Source of the DNA: Toensbergia leucococca
Taxonomy: Eukaryota
Assembly (NCBI GenBank): GCA_022813965.1
Contig: JALDZS010000038.1
Span: forward strand, 62,001-126,000
Length of the DNA stretch: 64,000 nucleotides
Reading direction: 5' to 3'
Shown here: positions 1-14,679 of the stretch, piece by piece
Numbering within the stretch: position 1 is the first letter of the stretch
Layout: each line of letters opens with the position of its first letter
Notes under the pieces: generated by a model
The model's input: the letters and a program-made list of their open reading frames with translations, nothing else
Databases searched by the model: none
What the model was told of the DNA's origin: nothing
Made by a program: the position numbers and the translations under genes

Positions 1-242
1 GCATCAACGGCAGCGAGGATTTTTCCCTGTTGGGCACATTGGTCAACCGGCCCTGTTCCTTTTGGATTTTCGGAGGGACCGACGCGGAGAAGTGGGATGA
101 GGCAGAGAGGAGCGGCAGGCTGGAGGAAGATATCCCCGTGAATCATTCAGGGTATTTCGCACCGGTTGTGCAGCCTACGATGAAAACAGGGGTGGATGCA
201 TTAGTGGTGGCGGCCATGACGTTTTTCGGGAAGGGTTGGTGA
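1..242 (+). CDS. C-terminal part of a peptidase M20-family amidohydrolase (5' end outside window)
   Basis: Frame from nt 3 reads INGSEDFSLL...IPVNHSGYFAPVVQPTMKTGVDALVVAAMTFF; GSEDF and NHS-x-x-FAP are M20 amidohydrolase C-terminal motifs. Confidence 0.8.
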   Translation, partial: INGSEDFSLLGTLVNRPCSFWIFGGTDAEKWDEAERSGRLEEDIPVNHSGYFAPVVQPTMKTGVDALVVAAMTFFGKGW

Positions 243-712
243 GTTGGCGGTTGTGATTGCTTTTACATAGGGCATATCAGAAGAAGCGCTTCCATTGTTT
301 TACCTGAATATATTGCTACTTGATGAATCTCTGTATCGCTTTTTGGAGTGCCCGAACATTGAAGAGGATATCCCAGAGTCTTGAGATTCTCAACTTCAAA
401 TATTCTAAACTGAATGAAAAGATAAGATCAGTCATCATAGAGTTGAGCGACAGTATGTTCCTTCACGCGCAGTCATCTGCACGGTCGACTATGAGGACTT
501 TCCTCTATTGAACTGTATACACCGCCTATTCGTGCAACCTCCATACCCACACATTTCCATCCAATGCCATTGAACCAAGTCAGCATTGCTTGATCAAGAA
601 AAACCACAAAACCAGGGTATCATCACCATCACACAAACCTGAACCCAAACCCCACATCTTTGACCCCATCTCCAAAAGGGACCCATCCCCTTCAAAAAAT
701 AGTAAAAAAAAT

Positions 713-2422
713 TCATTTCCCCCTCCCATCTAAACTCCTCTCCAAACTCCCCAGCAGATCTTCCTCCCCATCCTCAAAACGCACCACCCCCTCGCTACTG
801 ACTTCTGGCTCCACCAGTCCATCCAACAGATCATGCCCAGCAGGAATTGCCGCATTTGCCGACGAAGCCTTCGGTTCAGGGGCGTCTTCGACGGAGATTG
901 CGTCACCCGGGGAGAGAGCTCCTAGAGGTGGAGCGAAGGTTATGGGTGTATCTTGGGCGGGGTCGATGAGGATGGCAGGAGGTGGTTGAAAGGACTGGGC
1001 TGCTGCGAGAGGGAGGTCGGGCGAGCTTGAAATGTCGCGGTTTATGAGCACACTAGGGTGGGCGTGAGGGTCAGGTTCCACGATTTGGGGAAGCGATTTG
1101 GAGGGCGACCTTGACAGCGAGCCTGGCGCGTCGGGGGTTGGGGAGAGCTCGCCTTCTTCACGGTCGCCGTCCTCGGCGTCATCGTCGTCGTCTTCGCTGC
1201 CTTCGTCGCCTTCGTGAAGGACAGAGTCGTCGCCCATTTCCGTGTCGTTGTCTGCATTTTCTTCTTTGATAAGACTGTCGGATTTGGTGGCTGTGGCCAC
1301 GCCTGAGGAGGTGCCGTTCACGCCGTTGGGTTTGGGCGCGCCTTGGGAGCCGTCGGCGAAGGCGACTTTCTTTCTTCGGCCGCGGCCCGGGCCTTTGGGC
1401 TTTCTTTTAGGTGGCGGGGGCCGCCTTCTTGGAGGCGTGGGCTGGACTTGGTCTCCAGCGATGACGACACCTTCTGCGTTCGCTACACCGACGCCTTCGA
1501 CGACGGTTCCTGGTGCGGGTGCCTCGGTCAAAGTGGTCTCTTCTTCTACGATCTCGCCTTCGACGGTTTGTCCCTCTGGGACAAGAACCTCCCAGACATA
1601 GACGTTCCCTTCAGCATCCACTTTTCTGACCTTCGTCTTCCTCATCTGCCCCGAATTGCCAACTAATGGTCCAGTAATGCCGCTATATACCGACGGCAAG
1701 CCTTTCCTCCTCTTAGCCAAGTATTCTGGCTCTGCTCCCTCGAGGTGTCTAGGTACGACAGCCCATCTCTTGGCCACAAAGCCGGCATCAATCTCTCCCT
1801 CGGCATCTTCCTCTTCCCCAAGGTCTTTCTCATCTTCCATCGGCGGAGTGGGTTTATTCACTTGGCCCATCCTTGCCGCTCGGAGTAGAGCCTGACTCAT
1901 CGGAGAAAGCAAGTGCGAATCTCTCGGCATAGGTAGTTCTGGCCAGCCTGCGTTACGCATGTTGGTGATGTTGGAGTTTTCTTTTTGGGGTGCGACGTTG
2001 ACGGTAACGGGTGCTTTGCGCCAATGGCGGACTGGGAGCCCCTCGAAGACATCATGATCGATTTGGGTGCGAGTGGAACGGGCACCGGCACGACTGTTGC
2101 GGTACTGGTCGTTTTGGAAAGTGTCAGCATCAAAGATGGAGTACAAAGACATGGCATAGATATCAGGTATTTGAAAGGAGTTAGGACGTAGTATTGGAAA
2201 TTTGTAGCTTATAGATTCTCGCAAAGATTACCAACAGATGTCTTGGCCCTCAGACATGTAGACAGAGATTTCCGACCAGGTTCTACAGCATATTTGAGAC
2301 AGAGACACGGACGGGAAGTTGCATTGGGATCAATTAGTCGTAGGTTTGATGGGTAGCGGTGTTGTGCAGGGTGAATGATTGCTAGGCGATGAATAGGGAG
2401 ACAATAGACTTACAGGTGCCAT
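713..2422 (-). CDS. Conserved fungal hypothetical protein (acidic/Pro-rich, basic NLS-like PPRRRPPPPKRKPK)
   Basis: Long ORF with HDVFEGLPVRHW and WPELPMPRDSHLL blocks. Likely true start is a 9-nt exon ATG GCA CCT (2422-2414) followed by GTAAGT, spliced via branch GCTGAC and CAG to 2104 (MAP|YRNSRAG), not the ORF-track start. Confidence 0.75.
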
Positions 2423-2893
2423 TTTTACCTCAATAAAATGTGCTCCATAAAGCTAATAGCGCCTTAGTGCTTGTGTAATTGATATGGGATGTGCATTGTG
2501 AAGCTGATGATGACGATTTTTTACGCTACGCGATGTTTACGATGGCCCGATTTTTATCCGCCCAAGTCAATCTAAGGTACCTACCTAGGCGTGCTAGGGC
2601 AAGCCGTCTTAGGCTCAGCCAAGCACGTCTCCAATGCACTTCTATCGTTCGTAGCAACTACATCACCCAGCCAGTCTGTCCGTTTGGACATCGATAGAGT
2701 CACACCCTCGCTGCAGATCATCAGGAGTAAATTGGGTTCTAATAAAACCCATGAGTGCCTTGTTCTTCAATGGATATACTGACCTTGGGTCACTTCAATG
2801 GTATCGTAGCACTGAGATTAGGCATCAACATATGTACAAGTGATATGACCAGAACGGAGTAGGTTTATGCAATCCCAAGCCCTTAATCCCACA

Positions 2894-3559
2894 TCATTCC
2901 GATGTCTGCCGTACTATTCCACCCTCATCCCCAGTCTGCTTTCCCTGTGCGTAAGTGACATTAGCTGTGTTTTTCTGAGTAGTGCTAGAGGCAGAAGCTC
3001 GCCCAAGCTTGCTTACCGTCTTCTGGCCCTCAACTACCAACCGATCTAATTGGAAGAACTGACTGACAACAGTTTGTCGCTACGACAAGCCACTATTAGC
3101 ACATGGGGAAATCCAGAGGCGCAAGGCTGTATCAGAAAGAATCGCCCATAATCCCCTATGGCTCCCCAGAGAGCTCAAGTATTCTAATATTGTGCTGTGT
3201 AAACATACTTTCATCATTTGCAGCTCCTTCAACCCTTTCTGAATAAACTCCTGGACCTTCCTCTCTTCTACCTCGCCCCTGTGTTCCCGGAATGCATCTC
3301 TCGTCCTGCGCTTGGCATATTCCCTGAAGTTGTATGCAGCAAATTGTCTTGATTGCCTGAGAAGAGAGCGGAACTGAAAGCCGGTACGCCTTGATCAGTA
3401 ACGGCCACGTACTCCTCAACTTATCTATCAAATGGGAAAGGGAAATAGCAGATAATCTAGCCGACAAAGTACTCAAGCCATACAATGATTCAAATGTTAA
3501 TCACTCACCAATGATCTTGCTTGGAATGCAGTGTCTCCTTTCAGCAAGGTCATGGACAT
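2894..3559 (-). CDS. ISD11: LYR-motif protein Isd11/LYRM4, partner of cysteine desulfurase Nfs1 in Fe-S assembly; 4 exons, 109 aa
   Basis: Exons 3559-3509, 3373-3209, 3079-3017, 2944-2894 with GT-AG phase-0 introns give [48 protein letters not shown]...[47 protein letters not shown]. YNFREYAxRRTRDAF is diagnostic. Absent from the ORF track. Confidence 0.93.
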
Positions 3560-3949
3560 GCTCCGAAGCTGCAGTCAAGTACAGTCTGAGAGATGGAGAG
3601 GGTAGAAGCCAGAGGCAGATTCTTGAGAGCTTCAATAGGTGCCACCAAACATTGAGGGCATAATGCGAGTTCCATGACCAACGCCTAGTGACGCTAGCAT
3701 GGAATATTCTATCGGAGGCTCGGAAGCTTCCGTTGCCGATGAACAGGGCAAATTAGCTTCGAGGAGGAGGAGTACGGAATGCGGAGGACAGAATTCAGAC
3801 ACCTAATTAAATTATCTCCTACTTTCTAATATGTGCGAGGGGGCCGTCATGGAGCAAGACATTCAGTAAAGCCATCGTTCATCTAAAGGTAACGAGAATA
3901 CAGCTATCTTCCAACTTTTGCTCTGCCCGAGGCAGGTCAAGACTAAAGC

Positions 3950-6900
3950 TTTACGGTTTCTATCGTAAGATCCTTCATAAACAAGTAAATCGACCAGCAG
4001 ACATGCAGAGGCGGAGCGAGTTTCTAACTAAGTGCCCTTTTCTGCAATGATCGATTGTGCCTCGCAGCAATCCCGTCTCCGCCGGCCTCTTCTCCCCTCT
4101 ATTCGCGCCATTTGTGAATATCTCATCGTTGGCAGAGTCATCCTCATCGTTAAATAACGCGAAGTCTTCCATTCGACTGACTCGTTTTCCTTCGTTTTCT
4201 CTTTTTCGCTCGGACACACTCTGCATAACCGGGGGGTCCTAATCCGTGTTTTCGAAAATCAAGGACAGAGAAAGGCCTGCTCCAGGCCTGACCTACCCTT
4301 GCCACAGAAGCAAATCGTGGTTTTACAGAGAAGCCAATCCTCCTTCAATATACGTCGATTGAGATCCAAGGGTCTAAGAACAGTCACCTTCGTCTTTGCT
4401 CTAGGGGCGTCCTTAGGGGACAAGGCTTCTCTGTGCTACCAAGCTTTCCCTTTGTGGCCACACCAATTGGTTCATTCCCAAAGCTTGCGCTCTTTTACTC
4501 CAAGCTTTGAATTCTTTTTGCGTGCTCCGTCAGAACGTGGTCTTCCCATAACTAAAGTAGTCTCCTCCGGTTGTGCGACATTGGATAATCCAACCTCTTC
4601 ATCTATGTCTAAAATTCAGTAATTCGGATCAACGAACAGAACCGATCTTTGTTCTTCGCGCCTGATCGCCGGCCTTTCTTCGGATTCTCGGACGGCTAAC
4701 AATCGCTCGCTCGGTCTAATTCTTTCATTTCAAATCTTGTGAGACACCTCATGTCTGTCTTCCAGTGATCTGGCCTAAACTATCACTCAAGAAATAGCTT
4801 GTATGTTCCTTGCCTTTTCGTTTCCGTTGTGTTTTGTATTGTCACATTCACAAACATCCCCACTCCAGCCTTCCACTTCCGTGCCTTAGCGTTAGCTTCA
4901 GGTTATGAGGTGGAACGCTTCTAGTGTATTGAAGCCGTAGCATCTCTGATTGCGAGGAAAACCCATGAACGTGTTGATGAAGGATTTCAAGACGATCAAA
5001 TGAGTAGCAAAAGCTTGGTGTATCCTTGGAAATCTCCCTTGGCCAAGAAGTACCGCGGTGCATCGTCGGCAGTCTGGTCGGTCCCCTTTGATTGTCCATC
5101 GCCTTGAGAATGATATACTATGATCATCACGAGTTTCATATGAAAGTGCCCGAAAACCACTCTCGAGAACATCGGTGCTGCCAAATGGCCCTTGCTTAGC
5201 TAGTTCTAAGTGGTCTAGTTGTTCTTTCAGAGAACGTCTTGGTTATCCGTTACTGCCATCATCCGATCGCTATTTCATGAGCATTTGCACTGCCCACTAT
5301 TTGCATGTTCTGATGAATCATGGTGCTTTCCATACGTGGGCTCCTGGAGAAGAAATATTAACAGATTAAGTGCTGGTGTCAGATTGTAGGCGGAGCTGCT
5401 CGTCCGAATGATTGATCGAGGGACTTGAAGCAAGTGGGTTTTGTTGTGACAGATCAGAAAGGATTGCCAATGTCCGTCTCTGATACCACGCCACGATGAA
5501 CTTTATTGTTACGGCACCAAAAAGGACGCAGCGTTGATGTAGCAGGATTGGAGAGGAAGTTCTGATATTCTCGGAGATCTTCTATGTAAACGGCCAAAGC
5601 ATCCTGGATGTAAGATTGTGTACCTTCGAGAGACTTTCCCTTGCCGTCGTTCAAAACTTCGTCAATGTCTTTCATCTAAAGCTATAGCACGAGTTCGTCC
5701 CTTGCTGTCGTTCAAAACATCGTCAATGTCGTTCATCTGAAGCTATATAGCACGAGTTCGTCCCTTGTCGTCGTTCAAAACCTCGTCAATGTCGTTTATC
5801 TAAAGCTGTAGCCCGAGTTCGTCTCTTGCCATTTTTCAAAACATCGTCAATACCGTTGTCTGAAGCTGTAGCCCGAGTTCGGTGGTAAGTTCGTCCGTGG
5901 CTTGTTGACTTATATGCGTGGGTCACCAATATTGTGATTAGGTGAAGCTTTTCGAAACCTCCAGCTGACCGTAGAGCATGGGGCGCACCAGAGCGCGTCG
6001 TCTCGTCCGCAACCTGCTCTTCATCAAACAACGAGTTATACGCTAAAGCACGATGAGTCGCTCCAGGCCTCGGGCACTACTATTCCGTTCGTCCACGTGC
6101 ACTGCGAAGGAGGAAGGAAGCCTCTTTCAATAGGTCAAAACTTTTGTAGATATGGGGGCGTCCCTTCTACGTTAAAAGCTTTTATAGTCTATGAACGGCT
6201 AACACACAAAGCCTATTTCGGTAGTCGATCAACAGCTTCCACAGAAGAGGAGATAGCCTTAGCCTCGGGGCGGACTTCCTGCGGAGCACTATATGAATTT
6301 TGCATGCAAACCTCAATATGATACTACCTTCAGAAGAACAAAGAGGTAGTAGCTGTGGTAGAAAAACTCTTGAGATGGGCCCAAGTAGTTGGGCTTCACG
6401 AATACCCTGGTGTGGCAGCGGTGGTAGAATTTCAGCATCATCGAGGTCATCTTCAGACGATGAGGTATCAGTCTCCGAAGAAGCATTTCATTTCCTTCAT
6501 GAATCTCCTTGTGCCAAGGATCCTGATAGCGTACTTCACGAAGAATTGGCAAGCGGACCCTCTACGAATCTCGCACAGATCATACAGGGACATGTCTCAT
6601 TTCGTCCTGTGTATCTTAGCTTCTTCTTCGTCTGCTGGTATTGCAATCTTTGGACCTTCTGTGGGTGATACGTCGGCTGGGCACATCGATGACTGTAGCG
6701 TCCGGACTATGAAGGCCTGCTTGTGTGATTGATAAAAAGTTTTCCACTATATCATTGTGACGATCTCAAGAGAAGATTCGACTCCCCTTCATCCCTACTT
6801 TGGTTTTACAGTTCTCGCCGCAAGTGCATTTGGGCTTTAAGGTGACTCATTACTATTGCAGAGGGTAGCTGAATGGACTGGCTCATGATTGTAGAATCTC

Positions 6901-8800
6901 CCCATCTAGAGAGCTCTCTTTTGGCGAAGGAGATACGAGAATCGAAAGAAGTGAGATTGTGGGTGTTGGGCCAGCATCAACGCACTTGTCAATACGAGCT
7001 GTAAGTAGCGATTGCCAGACTAGAGCAGGTAATGTCCAGGCCCTCGGTCTTTCTGCCCATCTCATGGATCGTCCTCTGGATCCAATTCGGCCGCTTATAC
7101 TTGCAGTAGGAGACCAAATTGTGGCGAAAGGCTTAAGAGTCTCTCTCTCTTCAACACTTTGGACAGGTTGCGGCAGGTGATCTTGATCTTCATCGTCTAA
7201 TTTCGAGCTGGTCAATGGTGATAACTTTTGGGCTTGTACGTGTATCGGTCCATAGGTATTGAAGAATGCTAGTGCCACTCCTTTATACCAACGCTATTAG
7301 GAACTTGGAGATCGCTTGTCCTGTTGATCTAGATCGCTTCCCAACACCAGTGGAGATTGGCGACGCTGGAAGATCGTCCTTTGGTGCCACTCGCCAGCTT
7401 CTGGGTTCGTGTTTCTTCAGCCGTTGCAGGCGATATTGCGGAAAACCCGAGAAGTGTGAGGGTTCCGAATATGGTTGGGAAAAGGTAAATTTGTGAAGCT
7501 GAAAAAACGTCAGATACTACCACTGAAGACTGTTAAAGGTTGAAAATACCACGAAAGTATACGGAAAACCCACAAAGAAGTAGCAAGATTCGAGAAAAAG
7601 ATAGATGATGGCCAAGGATTGCATCGCGGACCGAAAGACCTCTGTGGGCTGCTATGAGCGCCAAGCTGAGTTCATACTTCCTCCTAAGCTGATGTTTACC
7701 TGTGGATAATCTAATAGCAAAGCCGCAAGGTTTGTTCCAATTCTTAAGGTTGGTGAGAAGACAACCACTGAGGCAAGTCTACACCAATTTCTGGAGCGAT
7801 GTTGGTACTGAGGTATGTTTTGTCCATGACAACAGTGTTGCGAGTAGCGAAGCCAGATCGCCCGGATACTTCTGGCGTCTCTACTTCCGGATGATGTCCC
7901 ACCCAGAGTTGGTTCTGTTACGGCCGTTGGTGTTACTTGTCGAGATAAACCTTAATGCTCTAGGGGAGGACTCGGCGACACATTCGAAAGTTGCTTGCCG
8001 TTCTCCAAGCTATGTGAGACGATGTCACTGGCGACCCTCTTGGTATTCTCAGTTAAGCCTGGAGTGCTGTCTGCTCTTCAAGGCTAGGGCATCCCCATGA
8101 CTTGAGAGAATGTGCGTTTGATAGAGAGTTTCCTCGAAAAGTCCGTCCCTTCTTAAGGTGTGTAAGACTCAGGTTGTGTGAGATGAAGCATCATCAGAGT
8201 AAAGATGATAATAATGAGGAGGCATGTGTGTACTGAAGTAAGTTCGGTCTTTGTTGATGCAGGCACTTGTCGTTGTCCGCGATGATAGTGGATGAAGAGT
8301 GATGATGAAGACTAAAATGTGAAGACAAATTCCGGAAGGTTCTCTCACCGGGAAAATCACCCACGCATGCTGAGATCCGCTGTGCCAGTATGACATACGC
8401 CAGCTAGAGGGGAACAACGTGATCTTCGATCAGTACGTATCAGACCAAGATGAAAAGACAAAGCATTCACTACCTGCAACAGCGGCGGTGATATGCATCT
8501 TGAAAACTTCAGCCAAACGATTGCTGGCGCTATTCGTTGAATTTCGTTGACTGCCAAGCATTAGGGTATCGTTTAAATCAGTCACGGGGTCAAACCTTAC
8601 CCCTTTTGACTTTTATACCAACGACCGTCTTCTCACACACGCCGATTTTCTTCCATCTAAGGAATATCGTTCCCCCAACAAGGGTCGTGGCTGTGACAGA
8701 TTCAGTCAGACGAACCAATTGGAAGCGAATTATTGTTCTTATGATAATGAATTCGTGATTAATGATAGGTTGAGTCAAGTCTGAGTGAGGTATCTCATCA
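3950..8800. pseudogene. Decayed coding-like region (pseudogene or transposon relics, family not identified)
   Basis: About 5 kb with no ORF above ~130 aa but protein-like runs broken by stops and frameshifts (e.g. + frame 8341-8784 with in-frame TGAs; - strand fragments 3975-6550). Confidence 0.35.
5638..5880. repeat. Tandem repeat, 4 imperfect copies of a ~61-bp unit
   Basis: Unit ~CCCTTGCCGTCGTTCAAAACATCGTCAATGTCGTTCATCTAAAGCTATAGCACGAGTTCGT with lengths of about 60-63 bp. Confidence 0.9.
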
Positions 8801-10109
8801 TATAAGGAAGCTCATAGGCAGATATTTGGCTTTATATATAATATATGAAACAAGCAAAGCAGACGGACACAGTATTTTCTAGACTGTCAATCCGCCTACT
8901 CACACCAATATATATACCAAAGAAACTACTACTCAAGAAGAGGATATCACAGCAGAGAAAAAGCGCTCAACTTATACCCGCTCATCCCAAAAGGCCGTGA
9001 ATCCCACATTCCTTCCCCCTTCATCATCCCGTGAAGTTCTCAAAAATACCCGCTACAGATTCATTGCGCTCTTCACGCTCACCGCCCTCACGGGGACATG
9101 AAATCTACTTTCAAAGCGGGGGACTTGGGGGGATCTCGAAAGAGGGTACTGTCTATGCACTATTATACACACCCACCAGCTCGCACAGACATCCAGGAAG
9201 ACCGATCTAGCCATTCCCTCTCACATCGTCAGCTGAAAACCCTATCCCTCTCTCCCCAAACCTCACACTCCACAAGACACCCATGCAAAAACCTAACCAA
9301 TCAAACAACCTCACATCCCTCACTCCTAATCCCCCCCCCCTCCTTCCACATCACCCACCCGATCCCCCAAAAAAAATCCAGGACATTCTCACTCACGGCA
9401 TAAAGGCATCAAGAACCATCGGAGCGTCCGTCCAGGGAAATCAAAACCGACCGAACCCCTTATTTTTTTTGTAAAAAAAAAAGCCTAAGATTTCCACAAA
9501 AAAAGAGGGCCGAGGGGCCTACACTCATCCCCTTCCACATCTCGCGACGATCCCAAAACAACCGCAAACAAAAAATCTTGCAACAACGCCCATTTCTCCC
9601 TCGTGACCTTTATTCCTTTTCACCTACACACACTCTTTCCCCCACCCCCTCCCCCCCACTAGCCCATGGGTGAACATCTCTCTATCCTAAACCAAAGCAC
9701 AACCCCATATCCTTGACACAAAAGCATGCCAAGCACACACAAAAACTACGAGAAAAAACAACAACCCTCATCTTCTCCCTTCAGACAACGGGTGAGAATC
9801 TCAGATTTTCGATTTTCATAAATAACCCGACTAATCGAGGAAGAAGTCCTTCATAGCGAATCAAATCAAATCAAATCAGTCAAAATACACCCATACAAGA
9901 AACAGAACAGTACGAGGAACAAAAGTCTTATTACAATTGCCAAATGACCGCACTCGGTCGAAGCGGTGGAGTCGCCTCAATACTAAAATTAACAGTCTAT
10001 CCCTTTTTTAAATTTTTGCCGCAATAAACCCCCATCCACAACCCGATCCACCAAAAACAAAGACCTCCGGATAATATATGTACAACTTTCCCCCCTAGCT
10101 CCTCCAACC

Positions 10110-12319
<2,210 letters not shown>

Positions 12320-12960
12320 TTATAACTTCAATCATCGGCGTGTCGAAGCTATTGTACAAGGCTGTAAGGTACCTAAGGTAGGTACCCATAGCATCATGTT
12401 ACATTCACTTACGAATGCTACTTGATCCTGATGGATCCTTATTTCTTACTTGGGTAGCACCCGCCCTCCACCCCGCCACCCCCGTGCCACTACTCGTACC
12501 ACTACTTATACCGTTACTCGCAATGCTGAAACACTGTCTGAAATGTCAGTCAGCTCTGCCGTCTCTCACTCTCACTCTCAGCGTTGCAATCCTGGTGATC
12601 CACCTTGAGCTGATGCTGCAGGAGTAAGAGTAGCTGACCTCAGGTCTCACCGTACCCGCTTATACAGTCCATCACTACCCACCTTAGTCTCTATTACCCT
12701 CGACCCGTTTTGTTGGGATCCACCATGATTGACCTGCATCCAATTCATCCAAATACTCAAGGTAGGTTGTGGGAATGTCGTAGATTTCATGCATTATTGG
12801 CTAGCTATCTCCACATTTACATAAATTTAATCAACTTTTTCTCGCCTTCTCTGTTCTCGCCGCTCTAAAATCGAAATCTATAACTCCCGAAAACTTCCCT
12901 GTACTAGCGCCATCCAATGCAGAACCGTCATTGGAAACATAATAATTCATAGGCAAACCC

Positions 12961-13941
12961 TTAGCAAGCCTGTAATGCCTTATGAAGAGCCTCCTCGTGC
13001 TTCTTGAGCTCCTGCTGTTTCAAGAATTCGGCGTACTTTGAACGAGGGTTGTGGATTCCGCATTCCGTCTTCTGTTGACCCTTCCACCGTCCAGCGCGCT
13101 CGTCTTCGCCCTCCTTGATCGGCTGCGTTGAATGCCAGTCTCCGACGCTTTTGTACCCGCGATCGAGAAGTGCGTTGTAAGGAACATTGTTCACCTTAAC
13201 GTATTCTCGCACTTGTTCAAACGTCCAGTTTGCCATAGGATTGACCTTGATGAGCCCGGCTTCATCAACCTCAATGACTGGAAGGTCACCTCGCTTGCCT
13301 CCTTGGGTCCGCCGTCTGCCGGTGAGAACTGCGTGAAGGTCCAACTCTCGGTATGCCCGTCTGGCCGGTTCAACTTTCGCGAGCCAATCGTAACGCTCAT
13401 CATTAGTTTCCCATAACTTCTCCCCATATTTCTTGGCGAACGCGTCCGCAGTCTCAACGCCCTCGGGCTTATAAACATGAACACTAGTAAGAGGATAACG
13501 TTCGCGTACGTTTTCGACTAGCTCGAGAGTCTCGGAAAAATGATGAAGGGTGTCGAGGAAGAGGAGATGGACCATCTGCGGTCTAGGGACGTCTAACTTC
13601 GAGAGCATGTCCATGGTAGCAAGACCACTAAGGCCAAAGGCTGTAGTCTGATATAGACCAGGAAGGGAAGTGATGCACCATTTTAGAATCTCTGCAATCC
13701 CTTTCTGTCAGTCTTACTCATGATGAACAAGAGTGGGGCATATCGTACCTTGAGGCTCGAGTGTTTGCAATTGGCGGTTCAAGAAGTTCAAGTGGGCTTT
13801 GGTGAAGAAGATCTCTGGGCCGCTGTTCTTGTTGCCATTGAGACCCTCACTGGAGCTACCACTTGCATAGCCAGACTCAGGTTCTGGGGTTGACATCATG
13901 TCGAGCTCGGTCTCATACACGGAGAAGGCTCTTGAAGGCAT
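12961..13941 (-). CDS. MET16: Phosphoadenosine phosphosulfate (PAPS) reductase (sA); 2 exons
   Basis: Exons 13941-13749 and 13691-12961. Motifs TTAFGLSG, FLDTLHHF, GYKSVGDWHST, ERAGRW, KTECGIH. Confidence 0.96.
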
Positions 13942-14679
13942 GTTGGATGAGTTTGAATACTATTAAAATTAAAAACGGCACCGGGGAATTGATGGTGTTT
14001 GAGGAAGTCTTTGTTCGTCAAGGAAACAGGAACAAAAACAATTAAAAGGGAATGAGGAGCAGAAGACGCAGTAGGAAAACCAATTCACTGCCAGCAGTGG
14101 GCGGTTGAATTGAACTTTGCATTGTGTTCCTCGGATTGCGTGATTGCGTACTCGCGCTAGAGAAATATCTATGACCAAGCAAGTCGACAGAAAGTTCCAA
14201 ATGCCGGGAAGCAAGTAGTGACATTCTTGATTAGAAACGCAAAAGAGAGATGATGTAATCATCATTGGAAATAAATGGTAAATTGTATCCGAGTGGAAAG
14301 GATTAATCACCTTAAGATCGCAGATCGAATAATGCGGAGGAGTGACGAAGTTCTTATACTGGCCAGTGGGGATTTGACGTGTACCGTAGCACAATGGTTG
14401 CATCCACTTCGGGATCCGTGCCTGAAACTAGTTCGTTGTCGGTAAGGTCTGAAGGCCGGATGCAGGAGGATAGTTGTTGCGCTTTCGCACTTTGATATTG
14501 ATGAGAGTCTTGGTCTTGTACTTTTGCTATCTTAATTGAAGAAGATTGGATTTGTTGAAGAAGAGCTTGGATGATTGGGATTGGGAATCTTGTGCATTGC
14601 TGGCTCTTCAGCAGGTCTACCATCTCATATATATAATAGACCGGCATTATCTCACACGCATTATCTCACGGGCATAACA

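Noticed and set aside
5638..5880. CRISPR-like array
   Set aside because: Contiguous units with no unique spacers, eukaryotic context and no cas genes.
8900..10100. C/A-rich ORFs downstream of MET3
   Set aside because: Low-complexity, homopolymer-rich sequence with no protein-like content.
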